Origin: Felis catus
Taxonomy: Eukaryota
NCBI RefSeq assembly: GCF_018350175.1
Contig: NC_058373.1
Location: 138,012,001-138,076,000, forward strand
DNA: 64,000 bases
Direction of reading: 5' to 3'
Shown here piece by piece: positions 13,451 through 26,938 of this stretch. Position 1 is the first letter of the stretch. Every line of letters starts with the position of its first letter. Below the pieces are notes generated by a model. That model was given only the letters and a program-made list of their open reading frames with translations. It was not told the origin of the DNA and made no database searches. A program made the position numbers and the translations under genes.

Positions 13451-14006
13451 AGGGGGGAGGGGGGTGAGCCCCAAGGAATGTGAATTAAAAGCATAATCTG
13501 GATATCTCACAAACCGCAAGGCCCTGGTAAGTGTCTCCCTTCTGTCCCCACCGCCGTCCAACAGGCTTACCGTCCCGCGTTTGATCCGCAACTCCACCAA
13601 CTCTTAAACCTCACGGCAGACTGTCTGAATCTTATCTGCCTCTGTGCCTTTGGCTCCCAGCGCATTAGGGCTCTTTGAACTGTTCTCCACCCCAGCCCTG
13701 ATCCTTGTCAGCCTAATTACATCTCTGCCTGATTGGTTCTGTCTCCTTTGGGTGGGGATGAGAGCCGCTAAGGACACAACTGGTGGAACTATGTACCACG
13801 GGGACTCCAGGCTTTGCAACTTAAGTGTGGCTATGCCCATTTTGCAGATGAGGAAATGGGGGCTGGGCTTGAGGAGTTAGGGAGCTGCCCCAAATCTAGT
13901 GCTTCGCGGAGGGTGTTTTCCTCTATCCGTATTTGTTGAATAAATCAGTATAAAATCAGTGTCCTAAGAGAAAGATTAAGTTGTAAAACAGGACCAGATA
14001 GTCATG

Positions 14007-14041
<35 letters not shown>

Positions 14042-14060
14042 CGCACGCGCGCGCGTGTGT
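14007..14060. repeat. (GT)n-(GC)n compound alternating purine-pyrimidine tract
   Basis: gtgtgt...gtgcgcgcacgcacgcgcgcgcgtgtgt read directly. Confidence 0.95.
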
Positions 14061-16666
14061 CTTTTCCAAACTGAGGGCAAAGGAGAAGAATGCCAAAGGC
14101 CAGAATTAACACTGGGGTAGACCAAGCTGGAGTTAGAATGCCAGTGTCAGCCACACCTTCTAAGGCAGGGCTCAGGACTCCCTTCATTAAGCTGTGATTA
14201 TTCACAGGGTCATAGGACTTGCCAGCAAAGGGCCTCTCCCCTGCTTCCCCTTGACCTGTTCTAGGTATCTTATTATGTTCCTCATTATCATCTTGACTCC
14301 ATCGGAAACGCTGACACCGGCCTTGGGGTCGCGACAGCCACGTGAAAGGCCCAGAGGGCAATTACGATCGTGATGCCTGTGCTTGGATAGCGCTCTTTGC
14401 TTCCCCCCCCCCCCCCAGCTTTCACGTGTGTCTCCCCATTACACCTCTGCACAGGTCTTCTGGGTAATTAGGAAAAGCTTAATTGGTTCTGTCTGAGGGT
14501 GGAGACTGAGACGCACAGAGGTCAGGGGCTTTGCCCGAGCGCGAAGATGGCCCCACCGGCGCTGTTGGAAAGACAGAGCGGCTGGCCGCCAGCGGTCGGC
14601 TTCCTGCGGTGAGCCATGGGGTAGGGAGTTCAAGCCCTGGCACCAAACTGCCCGAGTTGGCAGCTTTCTGCTCGTTACTCATTCTTGGTTTCCTTTTCTG
14701 TTAAATGGGCCTAATAACAGGAATCTATCTTGAATGGTTCTGCGTCTGACAGTGTGAGCACCCGGCTCACGTGAGCTGTGGCGGTATGATCGCCACAGGT
14801 TCTGGTAAACAGCGATTCAGTCTCTCATCACACATTTCCTGAGCACCTACTATGTGCTAGTCCTTGGGGATAGGGGGAGGGAGGCACGGAGTAGGACCCC
14901 CCCGGGAGGAGGAAGTCACCGTGCAAGGATTCCGTGTCCAGGGGGCTGTGTCCTGAACGGGGCCGTGAGGTGCTTAGAGAGCGCAGAGCACCGGCTTCAA
15001 ACCTCCCGGACCCGCATTCGGGACCCGGCTCCGCTACTTTCCTGAATGAACCCTAGCAAGCCATGCAACCTCGTAGAGCCTTAGTTTTCTCATCTCTTAA
15101 GTGGAGAGAGCAATAATATTCCATAGGTGAAAATAGATGTGATAAAAAAATATACGGAAGCTGCAAAATGCTGGGCACGTATTAGTACTTTTATTGTCAT
15201 CAGTTATTATCTTCAGCTTTACCGGGCTTGGGGATTTGTGAGAACGCTCTCCCATTGCTTTTCTTAAGCCTGCCGTAAAAAACAGGGCCTTGTTTTTCGC
15301 GAATTCTGCAGCAGTCCTCGGCCACTCCAAAGTAGTCCATGCCGAAGGGGAAAGCCTTGAGGAATCGGTGCGGGAGAAAGGGGGAGTGGGCAACTCGGAG
15401 GGCTATGAAGCCTTCACCTCGTGTTCAGCATCACCCGCTGCTAGAGAAATTCGTGGAAACGAAAACTGATCTGGAAAGAAAATTCTGGCAAAGGACGGTG
15501 GGGGAGAGCCCCTCTGTCATCTCTGGAATTGAGCACAGGAAACCCCGCCCTGAGGCCTCCCGTTCAGAAGTGGCCCAGAGAGGGAACCACAAGAAGGCCC
15601 TAAAATTATGCCATTCGGAAATTCTGACTCACTTGGCGGCGGGGGCTGTTTGTGTAACGTACAAAATGTCTCCCAAAAAGTGAAATTGCTGCTCCTTCCC
15701 CCCACCTCTCTTCCCTGCAGCCAACATCGCCACCGCCACCCGTGGGGAAGCAGGGGCCGACTCACTGAGCCGGGGGAACTGATCCAGGTCTGTTTCGCCT
15801 TGGCGGTTCCTTAGCTTGCCCCCACCGCGATCCGTGCAAGCCTTGTTTTGCAGGCATGATTTTTAGTTGTCTGTGTGTTCGGTCTCCGTGAGAAGCTTAG
15901 AACAAAAGCTGGAGGGGCTCTCCGGGCTCATCCAAACCTCTTGTTGTATGAGTGAGTAAACTGAGGCAAGGGGGCAGGAAGGAGGGGCCCTGCCCAGGGT
16001 CCCGCGTGGTAATTGGTGCTCCGGAAACCTCTGTTGCCACTTCTCTTGTCTCTAGCCTGGCTTTCCCCTCATGATGACTTAAGTCGGTCCCATTGGCCGC
16101 AGGGCGATGAAAAGCTCACACGGGGGTGGCCGTTTCTGGGGTGCCTCCTCAGAGAAGCCCTGAGCTGGGCAGGAGAGCTGTTCTCACCCTGGATCTGCTC
16201 TCAGCGGCTTCGTCCTCTGTTTTCATTCTAGCCAGCTCTCTGAGTGCTCTTCCGTCCCTTCCCACTCTGGTCCTATCATGTGCTTGTAGCGGGGTGGAGG
16301 GGGGGGGGGCACCAGCCTGGATCGTTCTCAGAGTACGTTGCTGACCCCACCAGCAGCAGCCACCCTGTAACTGGGGGCAGGGACACCCCTGCTAGAGGGC
16401 CACGAGTCCTATCAGGCACCAAGCATGGGAACCGGAGTAATTCAGGACACCCGTCTACACACACGAACTGTGCTGCTTTTATAAAATAAAGACACAGAGT
16501 GTGTTGGAAACACAGGACTGGATCCTGGGATGACTGGGTCCCAGTCCTGGTTAATGTTGCTAGTTAGTTGTGTAACGTTGGGCCACTTCTGAGTTTCTGA
16601 ATCTGGAAACGAGGGAGTTGGAGCAGGATCACCTCCCGGTTACTCCTCTCAGTTTAAAACCTGAGC

Positions 16667-16882
16667 CACCTGGGTGGCTCAGTCGGTTAAGCATCGGACT
16701 CCATTTCAGCTCAGGTCACGATCTCGTGGTTCGTGAGTTCGAGCCCAGAGTCAGGCTCCTTACTGATGGTGCAGAGCCTGCTTAGGATTCTCTCTCTCTC
16801 CCTCTCTCTCTGCCCCTCTCGTGCTCACACATTCTCTCTCTCTCTCTCTCGAAATAAATAAATTTAAAAAAATAATAAAAAA
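16667..16882 (+). mobile_element. CAN-SINE
   Basis: cacctgggtggctcagtcgg head, (CT)n and A-rich tail. Confidence 0.88.
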
Positions 16883-17086
16883 CTGTGTGAATTTTAATCG
16901 TATTACGACTGTTAATATATTCCAAGGATTAAGTACTAACAGAGACAGGATGTCAAGTACAATCGACAAACTTCACTCCTGAAAAATAAAATCTTTCTAG
17001 AAGAGGCTTGCTATATATTTCTCCCAACCGTGGGCAACCCTATCTAGTCTTTCTGCTTCTTCTGGGAACACCGTAAGCGGTTTTTT

Positions 17087-17302
17087 AAAAAAAATTTTTT
17101 TTAACGTTTATTCATTTTCTGAGAGAGAGAGACAGAGCATGAGTGGGAAAGGGGCAGAGAGAGGGAGACACAGAATCTGAAGGAGGCTGCAAGCTCTGAG
17201 CTGTCAGCACAGAGCCTGACGCGGGGCTTGAACTCACAAACCGCGAGATCATGACCTGAGCTGAAGTCGGGCGCTCAACCGACTGAGCCACCCAGGCACC
17301 CC
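17087..17302 (-). mobile_element. CAN-SINE
   Basis: Antisense SINEC; TSD taag(c/t)ggttttt. Confidence 0.9.
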
Positions 17303-17329
17303 ATAAGTGGTTTTTTTTTTTAATTAAAC

Positions 17330-17800
17330 CTTTGATTTGGAGATAATTGTAGATTACGCAGTTGTAATAAACTAGGCTGAATGATCCCTGTACCTTTTCC
17401 CCAGTTTCCCCCAATGGTAACGTCTTGCAAAAAAGACATTACCTACGTAGCACAGAATCACAACCAGGATGTTGAGGCTGACACCATCAGAATGCAGGTG
17501 TTTCCCCCCCTCTTATCCCCTCTCTCACCCCTGGCAACCATTAATCCATTCCCATTTCTATAATTTTGCCATTTCAAGAATAGCACGTTAATGGAATCAT
17601 ACGGTGTGTAACCTTTGGCGATTGGCTACTTTCACTCAGCAGAATTCACTGGCGATTCTTCCGGAGTGTTTCTGTGCCAAGAGTTCGTACCCCTCCATTG
17701 CATGGCACGGACGGACCACTGTTTGTCTAGCCTCTCACTTGCTGAAGGGCAAGTGGGTCGTCTCCGGTTTGGGGCTATTGTGAGTAGAGCAGCTGTCAAC
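17330..17800 (-). mobile_element. Old L1 (L1MB/L1MC-like) 3' fragment
   Basis: Antisense L1 3' motifs cccagtttcccccaatggtaac, ctggcaaccattaatcc, aatggaatcatac and ctttcactcagca. Confidence 0.6.
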
Positions 17801-18295
17801 ATTCAGGATGGGTTTGGGGGGTCAATAGAAGTCTTCCCACTGGGTGTTTCAGCTGTTGGTTGTAGTACCCGTCCATAATGCCGCACCACCAGGTGGGTTC
17901 CCACTTGCTTACAGTGACGCGCACGCTCCGGGGATGTTTATGTGTGCGGCGGTTGCCCAGGACTGGGCTGGGAGTTGTGGAAATCCGGCAGAAGCAAACT
18001 ACGCGGTTCCTGCCATCGGGAACTTGCCATCTATCGAGGGAGCAACAGTGAGACTCAGACATTGAAATGACACTGAAATAACAAGACCGCACCGCACGTT
18101 ATCAAATGCTAGGCTGCGCGGTACAGAATTGAACCTTAGAGGAATCCAGAAATGGGAGGAGTGAAGGCACAAGTGTCTGGGGGAAGGCGTTCTGGGTAAT
18201 GATGATACCTAACACTGATTAAGGGCTTACTACGTGCCAAGCACGGTACTAAGCCTTTACTCATATTAACTCACTTGCTCCTCATCATGACCCTA

Positions 18296-18395
18296 GAGCT
18301 GTCAGCATAGAGCCCAAGGCTCGAACTCATGAACCGTGAGATCATGACTTGAGCCAAAGTCAGATGCTCAACCGACTGAGCCACCCAGGCGCCCC
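18296..18395 (-). mobile_element. CAN-SINE 5' half only, inserted in a MIR-like element
   Basis: Head and B-box region are present; (CT)n and A-tail are absent; catgaccct occurs on both sides. Confidence 0.75.
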
Positions 18396-18818
18396 AAACA
18401 TGACCCTCTAGGGTGGCTACTATTAACCGATTTTACAAATGATGGAATAGAGAGGGTAATAACTTGCCCGTCATCACACAGCTATCGTATGACCCATCTA
18501 GGGTACAGAGCCAGGCGTTCTGGCCTCGGGCCACACTCAATCGCTGTGGATTCTGTCTGTCTGGTAGAAACGGCGGAGGACCATTTCCTGGTCGTGATTC
18601 AATTCCCACCCATTTGTTAGGTTATATTTTTACACAGAGTTACGTTGAACCTCAAATGTTAAACTCTGGCTTCCCTGGTGTGATGAATTCCTTAGGGGTC
18701 AAGGTTATAGATGAAAACTTAAAGTGCTTTGGAAAGAACGGTACCAGCTTTAGTAACAGGTGAGAACCCTGCATGTCATGTGTGTGCTGTGACAGGCAAG
18801 CACCAGCCTGGAAGCCTG

Positions 18819-18821
<3 letters not shown>

Positions 18822-18866
<45 letters not shown>
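18822..18866. repeat. (TG)~22 microsatellite
   Basis: Read directly from the sequence. Confidence 0.95.
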
Positions 18867-18867
<1 letters not shown>

Positions 18868-20805
18868 TGCTGTGAGAGGCAAGGACCAGCCTAGAAGTCT
18901 GCTCCGTGTGTGCGCACATAAACAGCAGGACTGAATGCTCTGGTTATGTTGATTACCTGTGTGAGTGGCAAGAAATGCATCAAACTCCCAGCTTTATACC
19001 ATAAAACACCCAGGCTGGCTGAGTGCATTTCAGATAACGTGCTTTAGTGTTTTCTGAATCGCTGCATACCACAAAAGCCACGTCCACACTTGGCTCTCTC
19101 CGTGGCTGCTAAACGTACGAGGGGTATGATTTGTCTTCTGTCACAGCGTCCACGACCACTCGCCCTTACGACTTCATCATTTTGGTTTAAGCGACAGGAT
19201 GCGGGCAACCTGGCTTATTTGCTTTCGTTTTGAAAACGAAATGCAGCCTTGAGGGCACCCTTGCTGCCAGCCCTGGGGTGGGCGGGCAGCATGAAGGGCT
19301 CGCTGGGTGAGAATCTCCCGATGACGTGGGGTCCCTCTGGGCTCTGCGTTTCCCCCCCCCCCCCGCCCCTCCGCTTCCCGCTGGCTAACCCTGCTGGGCC
19401 ATGTACCCCCCCCCCGCCCCCACACTGTCTCCACATCTAGAAAGCGGGGCCAGTTTCGCCCTGTCTTCCCTGCAGGAGCTGTCCATGAGGGTCAGGATGA
19501 CGAGAATGTGCCACAGACTCGTTTTCTGTGCAAATGTGTGCTATTGTGGGAAATTAGATCCTGCAATTACGATGCTTGCAAACAAAACTTGAGGACAGAA
19601 GCCAGCTCAGGAAGAGGCTGTGAGTCAGGAAGACTTCTCCGCTACGGGGGCAAGAGAAATCTTTCATTCTTTTGCCCCCTGGAGACACGTTTTTGTGACC
19701 TGCCGAAGTGTTCTCGGCTTGCTTTTCAGCGGGCTCGGCTGTGCTGGGCAGGCGATAACATAGAGGTCCTGTGCGATAGGCAGCATGCCCGGGAAGCCAG
19801 GAGGCCTCTGGGCCCCGCCTGGCAGGCACGCGGGGGTGTGGCCTTGGCCCTGGTGTCGGAACCCAGGCTCCCGGGCGGGGCTTCCACGTCGCCCCCTCCA
19901 TCAGGAGGGGAGCGGCCGCCCTGGGGGGCCCTGTGCCTGAGCGGCAGGTCCGGGCTCTGTGCGGAAACCCTGCTGTTCTTGGGGACAGTTCTCTATGGCC
20001 CAAGATGTTCCCCAGCAGGGCCTCATGCACAAAGCATTAGGCTCTTGCCGCAAAGGAAACAAAAACAAAAACAAAAACGGATCCTGCAGCAAACGGCTGA
20101 CCGCAGACTCGCAGAAGGAGCGCTTTCTAGACGGTCTGCTCGCAAGTTCCCGCTGCTGCAGGAGGTGCACCTGGCCTAAAGATTTGAAAGAACTCTCCTC
20201 CTCAGTTTCTTCTTTGATGTTGTGGAGCTGGCATGCAGAGAGGAACGGCGAGTGCCCCTCCGTGCGCCCTCCCGGCTGCCCTCTCGGCAGACAGAGGCAG
20301 CCCCGCGCGCACGGCGTTTTTGGTGTCCTCGGGTGTTCCAGAAAGGCCCTTGCTGGCACGGCGCCTCGGGAGTCAAGGCTGTTCACCATCCACACTGAAA
20401 TGTTTGCTCGTGTCACTGCCGACTCTGGGCAAAAGCGCCGGGGCCTGTCTGCTCGGTTTACAGACTCTGAGTTCGCACGTCCTGGCGGGGATGACAGCCA
20501 GAAGTCACTTTCCACACCCCCTGGCCTGGCTCCGTGTTCCAGAGACCCTGAGAGGTCCAGGGAACACCCCGGCCGCTCCAGCCCCCAACCATGCTCACCT
20601 CGGTCACCAGATCCAGGCGACACTTGGGTCCTTTGTGGCCTCTCTGCCACCTGCCTCCTTTTCAGTCCCATGGCCTGCTCTTTCCTGACTGCACACCTTC
20701 CCCAATTTCTTCTGCAGCTCCCTTTCTTGTTCTCCCCGCCCAAATCTCCAGCCATCAGGCCCAGACCTGTGGAGGCAACAGTCTGAGTGTTGTGCTCCCA
20801 CGTTG

Positions 20806-21032
20806 TCTTTTATTTCATTTTAACTTAGTTTTTAAGTTTTTACTTATTTGAGACAGAGAGCAAGCGAGCACGGGACGGACAGAGAGAAAGAGAGAAGAGA
20901 GAGAACCCCCAAGGAGGCTCAGCGCTGTCAACGCAGAACCCGATGCGGGGCTCGGTCTCACGAGACAGGAGATGGTGACCTGAGCCGAAACCAAGAGTCG
21001 GACGCTTAACCGGCCGGGCCGTCCAGGCGCCC
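20806..21032 (-). mobile_element. CAN-SINE (diverged)
   Basis: Antisense SINEC body; degenerate TSD tgtgc(t/c)ccca. Confidence 0.85.
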
Positions 21033-24000
21033 TCTGTGCCCCCATATTTTAGGTACAACTTAATGATTCCGAGTCCCCTCTGAATGTCCGAAAGCAATTC
21101 ACAACTCGCCCTCCGATCCCCCCCTTCTCCCCTGTATCCCAAGCCTCAGTAAGGAGACAGCAGCTGCCGTGCCAGAAACCTGGGGATAAGCCCAAGGCCC
21201 TGGCTTTTCTTCCCAGCCAGTCACCAAATCCTCAGGGAAACCCTCACCCCGGTGCCTTCCTGGCCCCCCTCTGCCACCCTGCCACCTCCTTTTCATGTTC
21301 AGCGTGCCCACCAGGGGGAACTCTCCAGAGCTCTGCAGCTTACACTCTTTCCGTGACCTTCTCTCACTCTGGGGAGGAGATCCGAGCCCCTCAGCTAGGT
21401 CCACGGGTCCTCCTCTCCCCAGAGCGAGCTCGGACCTCCGTGCCTTTGCCGGGGATGCTTCCTCTCCTGGACCGTCCTTCCTTTTTCAAACAGCGGCTCT
21501 TCACCCTTCTTTCAACACTCAGCTCAAGTGCCGGCCCCTTACCAAGCTTTCTCTGGTCCCAGAGGCGCTGACTCACTGCCCTGGCGGGGGGGGGGGGGGG
21601 GGTCCACCGGCACCAGCACCGGGACATTCTTGCATCTGTCCCCACCATCTGGCTGTGAGGCCCTGGGGAGCGGGAGTGTCTTGCTGACCACTGAACCCTG
21701 CTTAGCATCCCTGGGGGGATGTGTCTTCACATCCTATGGCATCGGTGGTCGGCAGTGTGAGTTTCATGCAATTTGGGATTTCTGAGATACTGTCCTGTAT
21801 CGCTCACGGTGGTGCGGGTTCTTCGCTTCAGAATTATGCATGGAGCGTGTACTGAGTGCTAAGGACTGGGGGGCAAAATAATGAATTTTGTCAGACCAGA
21901 AGCTGATGGTCGGCTGGCGGGGGAGGGGAGCAGGAAAACCACAACAACCACCACCACCACCATAATCCGTACAAAACCCCTGAAGGGTTTGGCCCCCAAC
22001 AGCGAGAAAACGGGGCTGGGCCATAGGACACGCAGTGGTTATGTTCTTTGACGCCTCCAAGTTTGCCTCCTGGATTGCACGCTACGACACTGTTCAAACC
22101 GTTGTCCGGACGGCCGTCTGCAGGCCTGCTGTTAGCTGAGCTCTCTTAAGCCCAACAGTTGGTTCGCGGTTTAGAAAGACCCAACTGTACGCCCATAGCA
22201 TTCAATCCCTCACCATCTAATTCAACGGAGTATTTCTAAGGGGCTTACCATGGACTAAAAGGAGGTACATAACAGGAGGAGGATAATATTGTTTATCTGG
22301 CATAATGAAGGAAGGAAGTATTCTTCTGGTTTGTTTCTTACCATCGCCCCTTTAATAAAGCCAGTGTGTATAATTTGTGCTGGCAACCTAATATATGCTA
22401 TGTTTCCTCGACTTCTTCACCAAAGCACATGGATCGTAAGTCTTTTCTTGGTGACTTGGAATTTTTATACCAGGCTCTAACGCTCAAAGCATAGTGCTAT
22501 GTGAGGGCTGTTGGCCCCACTCACATCAAATGCTCCCTGAATGCTGCTTTAAAACAAATCCCAAAGACGGTCGGCTTTGGCTTCTTAATTTTTACAATCC
22601 CCTGTTGGCCTTGTAGTCCTTGCTTCCTCCTGCATTTAGCGTTAGCCTTGCAAGTTTACTGCTTCTCATGCGTTGTGGCTGTAATGGGAGAAAAGTAAGC
22701 AAGCTAGGCTTTCCCTAAAACAAGAGTAGGCCTTGGGAGGACGGAGGGGCTCTTCCAAAAATCCGGCCAGCAGAAGACTTCCCACTCTGTGCAGGGACAG
22801 GGACGGCAGGTATTGGCTCTTACTGCCCTGCCTTCCTAGAAGGACTAGTGCCCCCTACCTGCCTTGCCGGGAAAGGCAGGCACTAGGGAAGAGCTCCAAG
22901 TTTCTCAAAAGACAGAAAGAATGATTTTGAAAGACGTGTGTTACTTTTGAACACGAGCAAAAGCCCTTCAAGTAAAAGGGTATCATATTGGCCCCGTCCC
23001 CAGCCAGCCAGCCAGCGGGATGTGTGAACTGTCACCGGGCTGCAGCTGCATGGGAGGAAACGAGATGAGCCAGTGGGGGTCTCTCGCCCCCAACCCCCAC
23101 CCGGCTCACACAGACAGGGCTGCGCAGATACAGGCCCCCCCTTCCCCCCCCCCCCCCGCAGAAGTGAGAATGCCAGGTCAGCTGCGTGTGTAACTGCAGA
23201 GGGTGGCGGGCCTGAAATGTCACCTTCTGCCCAAGGCTTTTCATACACAACTCTTGGTCACTCAATTTTTGCAAAGCACTTCTCCTTTTTTTCTCTTACA
23301 GAGTATAACTGGTTTCTCATACAGTCTTTTCCTGCAACTCTGAAGCTCCCACGCACAGAAATTTGATGTCAATTAATTGTATCTCGGTAGGCTACACTTT
23401 CAGAATGTATAAAGTTTAGAATTAACAAAAGGGATCTTTCCGGCCATAAAAGCAAAAAAAAAAAAAAAAAGGGGGGGGATTACTTAAAATCCTCCACTTT
23501 TTCCCTGTAAAGGAAATCGAACAGTTAACGAATGTCTCCTCCCATTCCCACCCCACCCCCTTCCTCTGTCAAACCCTGGGTGAATTTCCCTTCCTTGGCT
23601 GGCTGGCTGGTTGCAGAAGGCCGGAACTGGATCGCTGGGATGGCAAGATTTAATTTCGAGGGCATGGGTTCAGACTCAAAGGCTGAAGTACAAAGTGCAA
23701 TTCTGACTCATCGGAAAGCGTATTTGTGGTCTTGGCAAAACGTCTTAGCAGTCACTCAAGAGAAAACAATGAAAATTTTCTCTATGTTCATCTGGCCTCA
23801 ACCTCAGTGATCATCAGAGGGAGACACAACCTTCTGCTAACAGATAAACCCTCGTAACAGGTCTGACACACAACAGCACTGGCTCCTTGCTCTCCACAGT
23901 CTGGGGTCCAGGCAGCTTCTCAGAAGCTGTTGGAATATAGTTAGCAGTTTGAGCTTATGGAAAATATCTGCTGGCAAAAAAAAAAAAAAAAAAAAAAAAA

Positions 24001-24087
24001 GCACATAATGCAAAAGATGAAAAATTTCATTAAACGGTTGAGATTCTTTTATCTCAAGATTAATCAAGATTTTTTTTTATCACTTTT

Positions 24088-24272
24088 CAAAAATATATTT
24101 TAGAGAAAGAGTGACCAGGGGATGGGGTGGAAGGGCGGAGAGAGAGAGGGAATCTTAAACAGGCCCCACACTCAGCACGCAGCCTGACGAGGGCCTTGAT
24201 CCCATGACCCTGGGATCATGATCTGAGATGAAATCATGAGTTGGATGCTCAAGGGAGCCACCCAAGTGCCCC
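24088..24272 (-). mobile_element. CAN-SINE (older subfamily)
   Basis: Antisense SINEC; TSD ttttatcactttt. Confidence 0.8.
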
Positions 24273-24317
24273 TGTTTTATCACTTTTAATCTCGTCTTAA
24301 CACGGTTCCTGATTACT

Positions 24318-24497
24318 TTTTTTTTCTTTAATGTTTATTTTGAGAGAGAGCGAGAGCGCAGGGGAGGGGCAGGGAGAGGGAATCCCAAGCAGGCTCCGCG
24401 CTATCGGCATGGGGCTCGAGCCCACAAACCACGAGATCATGACCTGAGCCAAAATCAAAAGTCAGATGCTTAAGTGACTGAGCCACCCAGGTGCCCC
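24318..24497 (-). mobile_element. CAN-SINE
   Basis: Antisense SINEC ending agccacccaggtgcccc. Confidence 0.85.
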
Positions 24498-26727
24498 ATC
24501 ACTTCATTCTTATTACCTTATAGGAGGTTATGATTTGGGTTCTTTTCCTCTGAATAAAATGAGGTTCTCAACAAAGTCCAGCATATGTGTCCCTTTTTTT
24601 TTTTTTTTTTTTAAATATGTGTCATTTTAAAGGGCTACTCCCAAGTTCGGTCCTCACTGTGTAACAGCAGCATGAGGACAAAGGAGCACAGAGCTTCTGA
24701 ACTGAACAGCCACGTTGATATTTTCTTTCATTGGATTTTTGGAGTGAAACTGTTGCCATTTTAGTTTCAGGGCGTCTAAAAAATCACATCTGTATCCAAT
24801 ATATACACATGCAGCAAAGATAATTCAGGAATATTTGATTTTCTGCGGGACTTGCTTGTGAGGCTATGATTCAGCAGTAAAATTAAAAAAAAAAAGTGCT
24901 TTCAAGGCAACAAAACACATAGAGGAACCCAAAGTGCTGGAGTCTGCCAAAAAGATGTAATCTACAAATACTGGAGAACGTAATTTGGGGACCACAACGT
25001 CCGAGCACCATTATCCTAGGGTTAACGAACACATCAAATGAGTTCACGTACACAGAAAGAACAAAACGTTACGCGACACACGCAAGACGATATTATTTGG
25101 GGGCAGGGGGTGGGGGCGGCGAATGTTCTGAAGCAGAGGAACGGAGTACAGATCGAGGCCTTAAAACCCTGCAGCCCTCATACAGAGACATCTTGAAATC
25201 GGCGTAAACCTTCGCAGACACCGCAAACGCAATTTTCACAAACCCGGGAAGGGGAAGGCGGGAAGGGGTGGAAAGTGCCGAGAAGGAACCCGTCTCGGTG
25301 ACGTCACACCGCTACATTCCAAATCCCAGGAGGGAAGCAGGTTCTGCTGTGGCATCCAAGCTTTGCACGCATGCTTCTTCAGGGAAGGCGTCTCCCCGTC
25401 CGTGCCGGACTAAACTTAACCCAATTTACAGCGCACCGTTTCTCTTCATTTGACCCAGGGGAGAGCAGGACCCGTAGAGGTGGGTCCTAACGAGGCCTTC
25501 CTCCCTGACTCGAGGCTGAGCCCACGAGACGTGGGAAACAGAGATTAGAAAAACTGAGGCCACTCCCATGGCCAGAGAAGTATTTATAAAACCAGCTGTC
25601 TTGTCAAATAGAGGTTAGGAATCCCCAAAGGCGTTTCTGTCTGGCATTAGGGATTAGCAAAAATTCTCTCAGAGGGCTGGGCATTGTCTTGGTTTCTCGT
25701 ACTTTCCATTATTTTTAGGGCGGCTGGGGAAACCACTTAATTCCATGGTCACACTGATGCTCTAAACTTACTGGATACTCGCTCCGTGCCCCACAGCGAA
25801 AGGGTTCAGGTTCCAGCTCATGACTGTGGAACTCGGGGTCTCAGATGCTATTTACTTTAGCTGAGGCATGTCTGGTGGCTCAAACAGCCACTTTTCTCTT
25901 CAAATGACACTTGCAGAATGCTCTGGCCGGCTTGGACCAACATGTCTGTATCACCTGTCCTATGCATAGAAACACACCCTCTTTGCAAGAATAAAGCAGG
26001 GACTTTAAGACCTGAAGTTGGAAACGCTGATCTGCTGAGCGTTCAGAAAACGTGTTGTCTTAGGTTCAACAATCTGGACTCTTCATTTAGGGCTGATATA
26101 TGGGAAGAAACTAGCTCAACTTTGTTAAGGTTTGTAACCATACGTTCAATGTTGAATTTGCTTTTGGAGGGCTGGGTAGAAAGCAGAGATTGTGCGAAAC
26201 ACAGTAAAACTTTATCTATAAATAAGCACAGAGAGAAAAACGTTTTGAGGATGCCTGAGCCAGCATGTTTATACATGGCACGATTATTTAGTTTGTGGTC
26301 TAATTTCATTTTGTGACCCAAATCCCAGGATTTAAATAACTTTCTGTGTACTTCCCACCTCCACCTTCTACTAATGTTCACATGGGAGACATCACGAACT
26401 GATAGATAATTGACTTCCGTGCTCAAAACGCCCAAAATACATTAGAGCATAAAAGCAGATTTCTGACGACGGTTTTTGTCATGTTTTCATTATAGAAAAC
26501 AGTTTTGCTTTCGATTCCAGTATAGTCAATGTATAGTTTTACATCAGGTTCAGGTGTACAATATAGTGATTCAGGCATTAATAGAACAGATTTCTAAAGA
26601 AACACCTCAAAACTAAAATGCCAAACCATACATGAGAGTTTGATGCTTTGGAAGAAAGATCTCGCATACCACCTTCTTCGTTTCTTTAAATCACAATGTT
26701 TGGAGGCAATACTCCAAGAGTGGTTTC

Positions 26728-26938
26728 ATTTTTTATTTTTTTAAGTGTTTATTTATTTAGAAGGAGAGATAGAGCGTGAGCAGGGGAGGGGCAGAGAGAG
26801 ACGGAGACAGAAAATCCCAAGCAGGTTCCGTGCTGCCAGCGCAGAGCCCAACGTGGGGCTCGAACCCACGGACCGAGAGATCGTGACAGGAGCTGAAATC
26901 AAGTCAGACGCTCAACTGACTGAGCCACCCAAGCGCCC
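26728..26938 (-). mobile_element. CAN-SINE
   Basis: Antisense SINEC ending gagccacccaagcgccc. Confidence 0.88.

Noticed and set aside
12143-13496. Long overlapping ORFs (up to 283 aa) in the first CpG island
   Set aside because: Arg/Pro/Gly-rich in several frames on both strands, mostly non-ATG starts and no domain; this is the stop-codon depletion expected from extreme GC content.
25298-25307. Perfect CRE palindrome GTGACGTCAC
   Set aside because: An isolated motif far from any identified TSS; insufficient on its own.
25855-25930. Short plus-strand matches to SCARNA13 (gctgaggcatg, acttgcagaa)
   Set aside because: Only 10-11 nt, in the wrong order and without H/ACA architecture; not supportable as a second copy.
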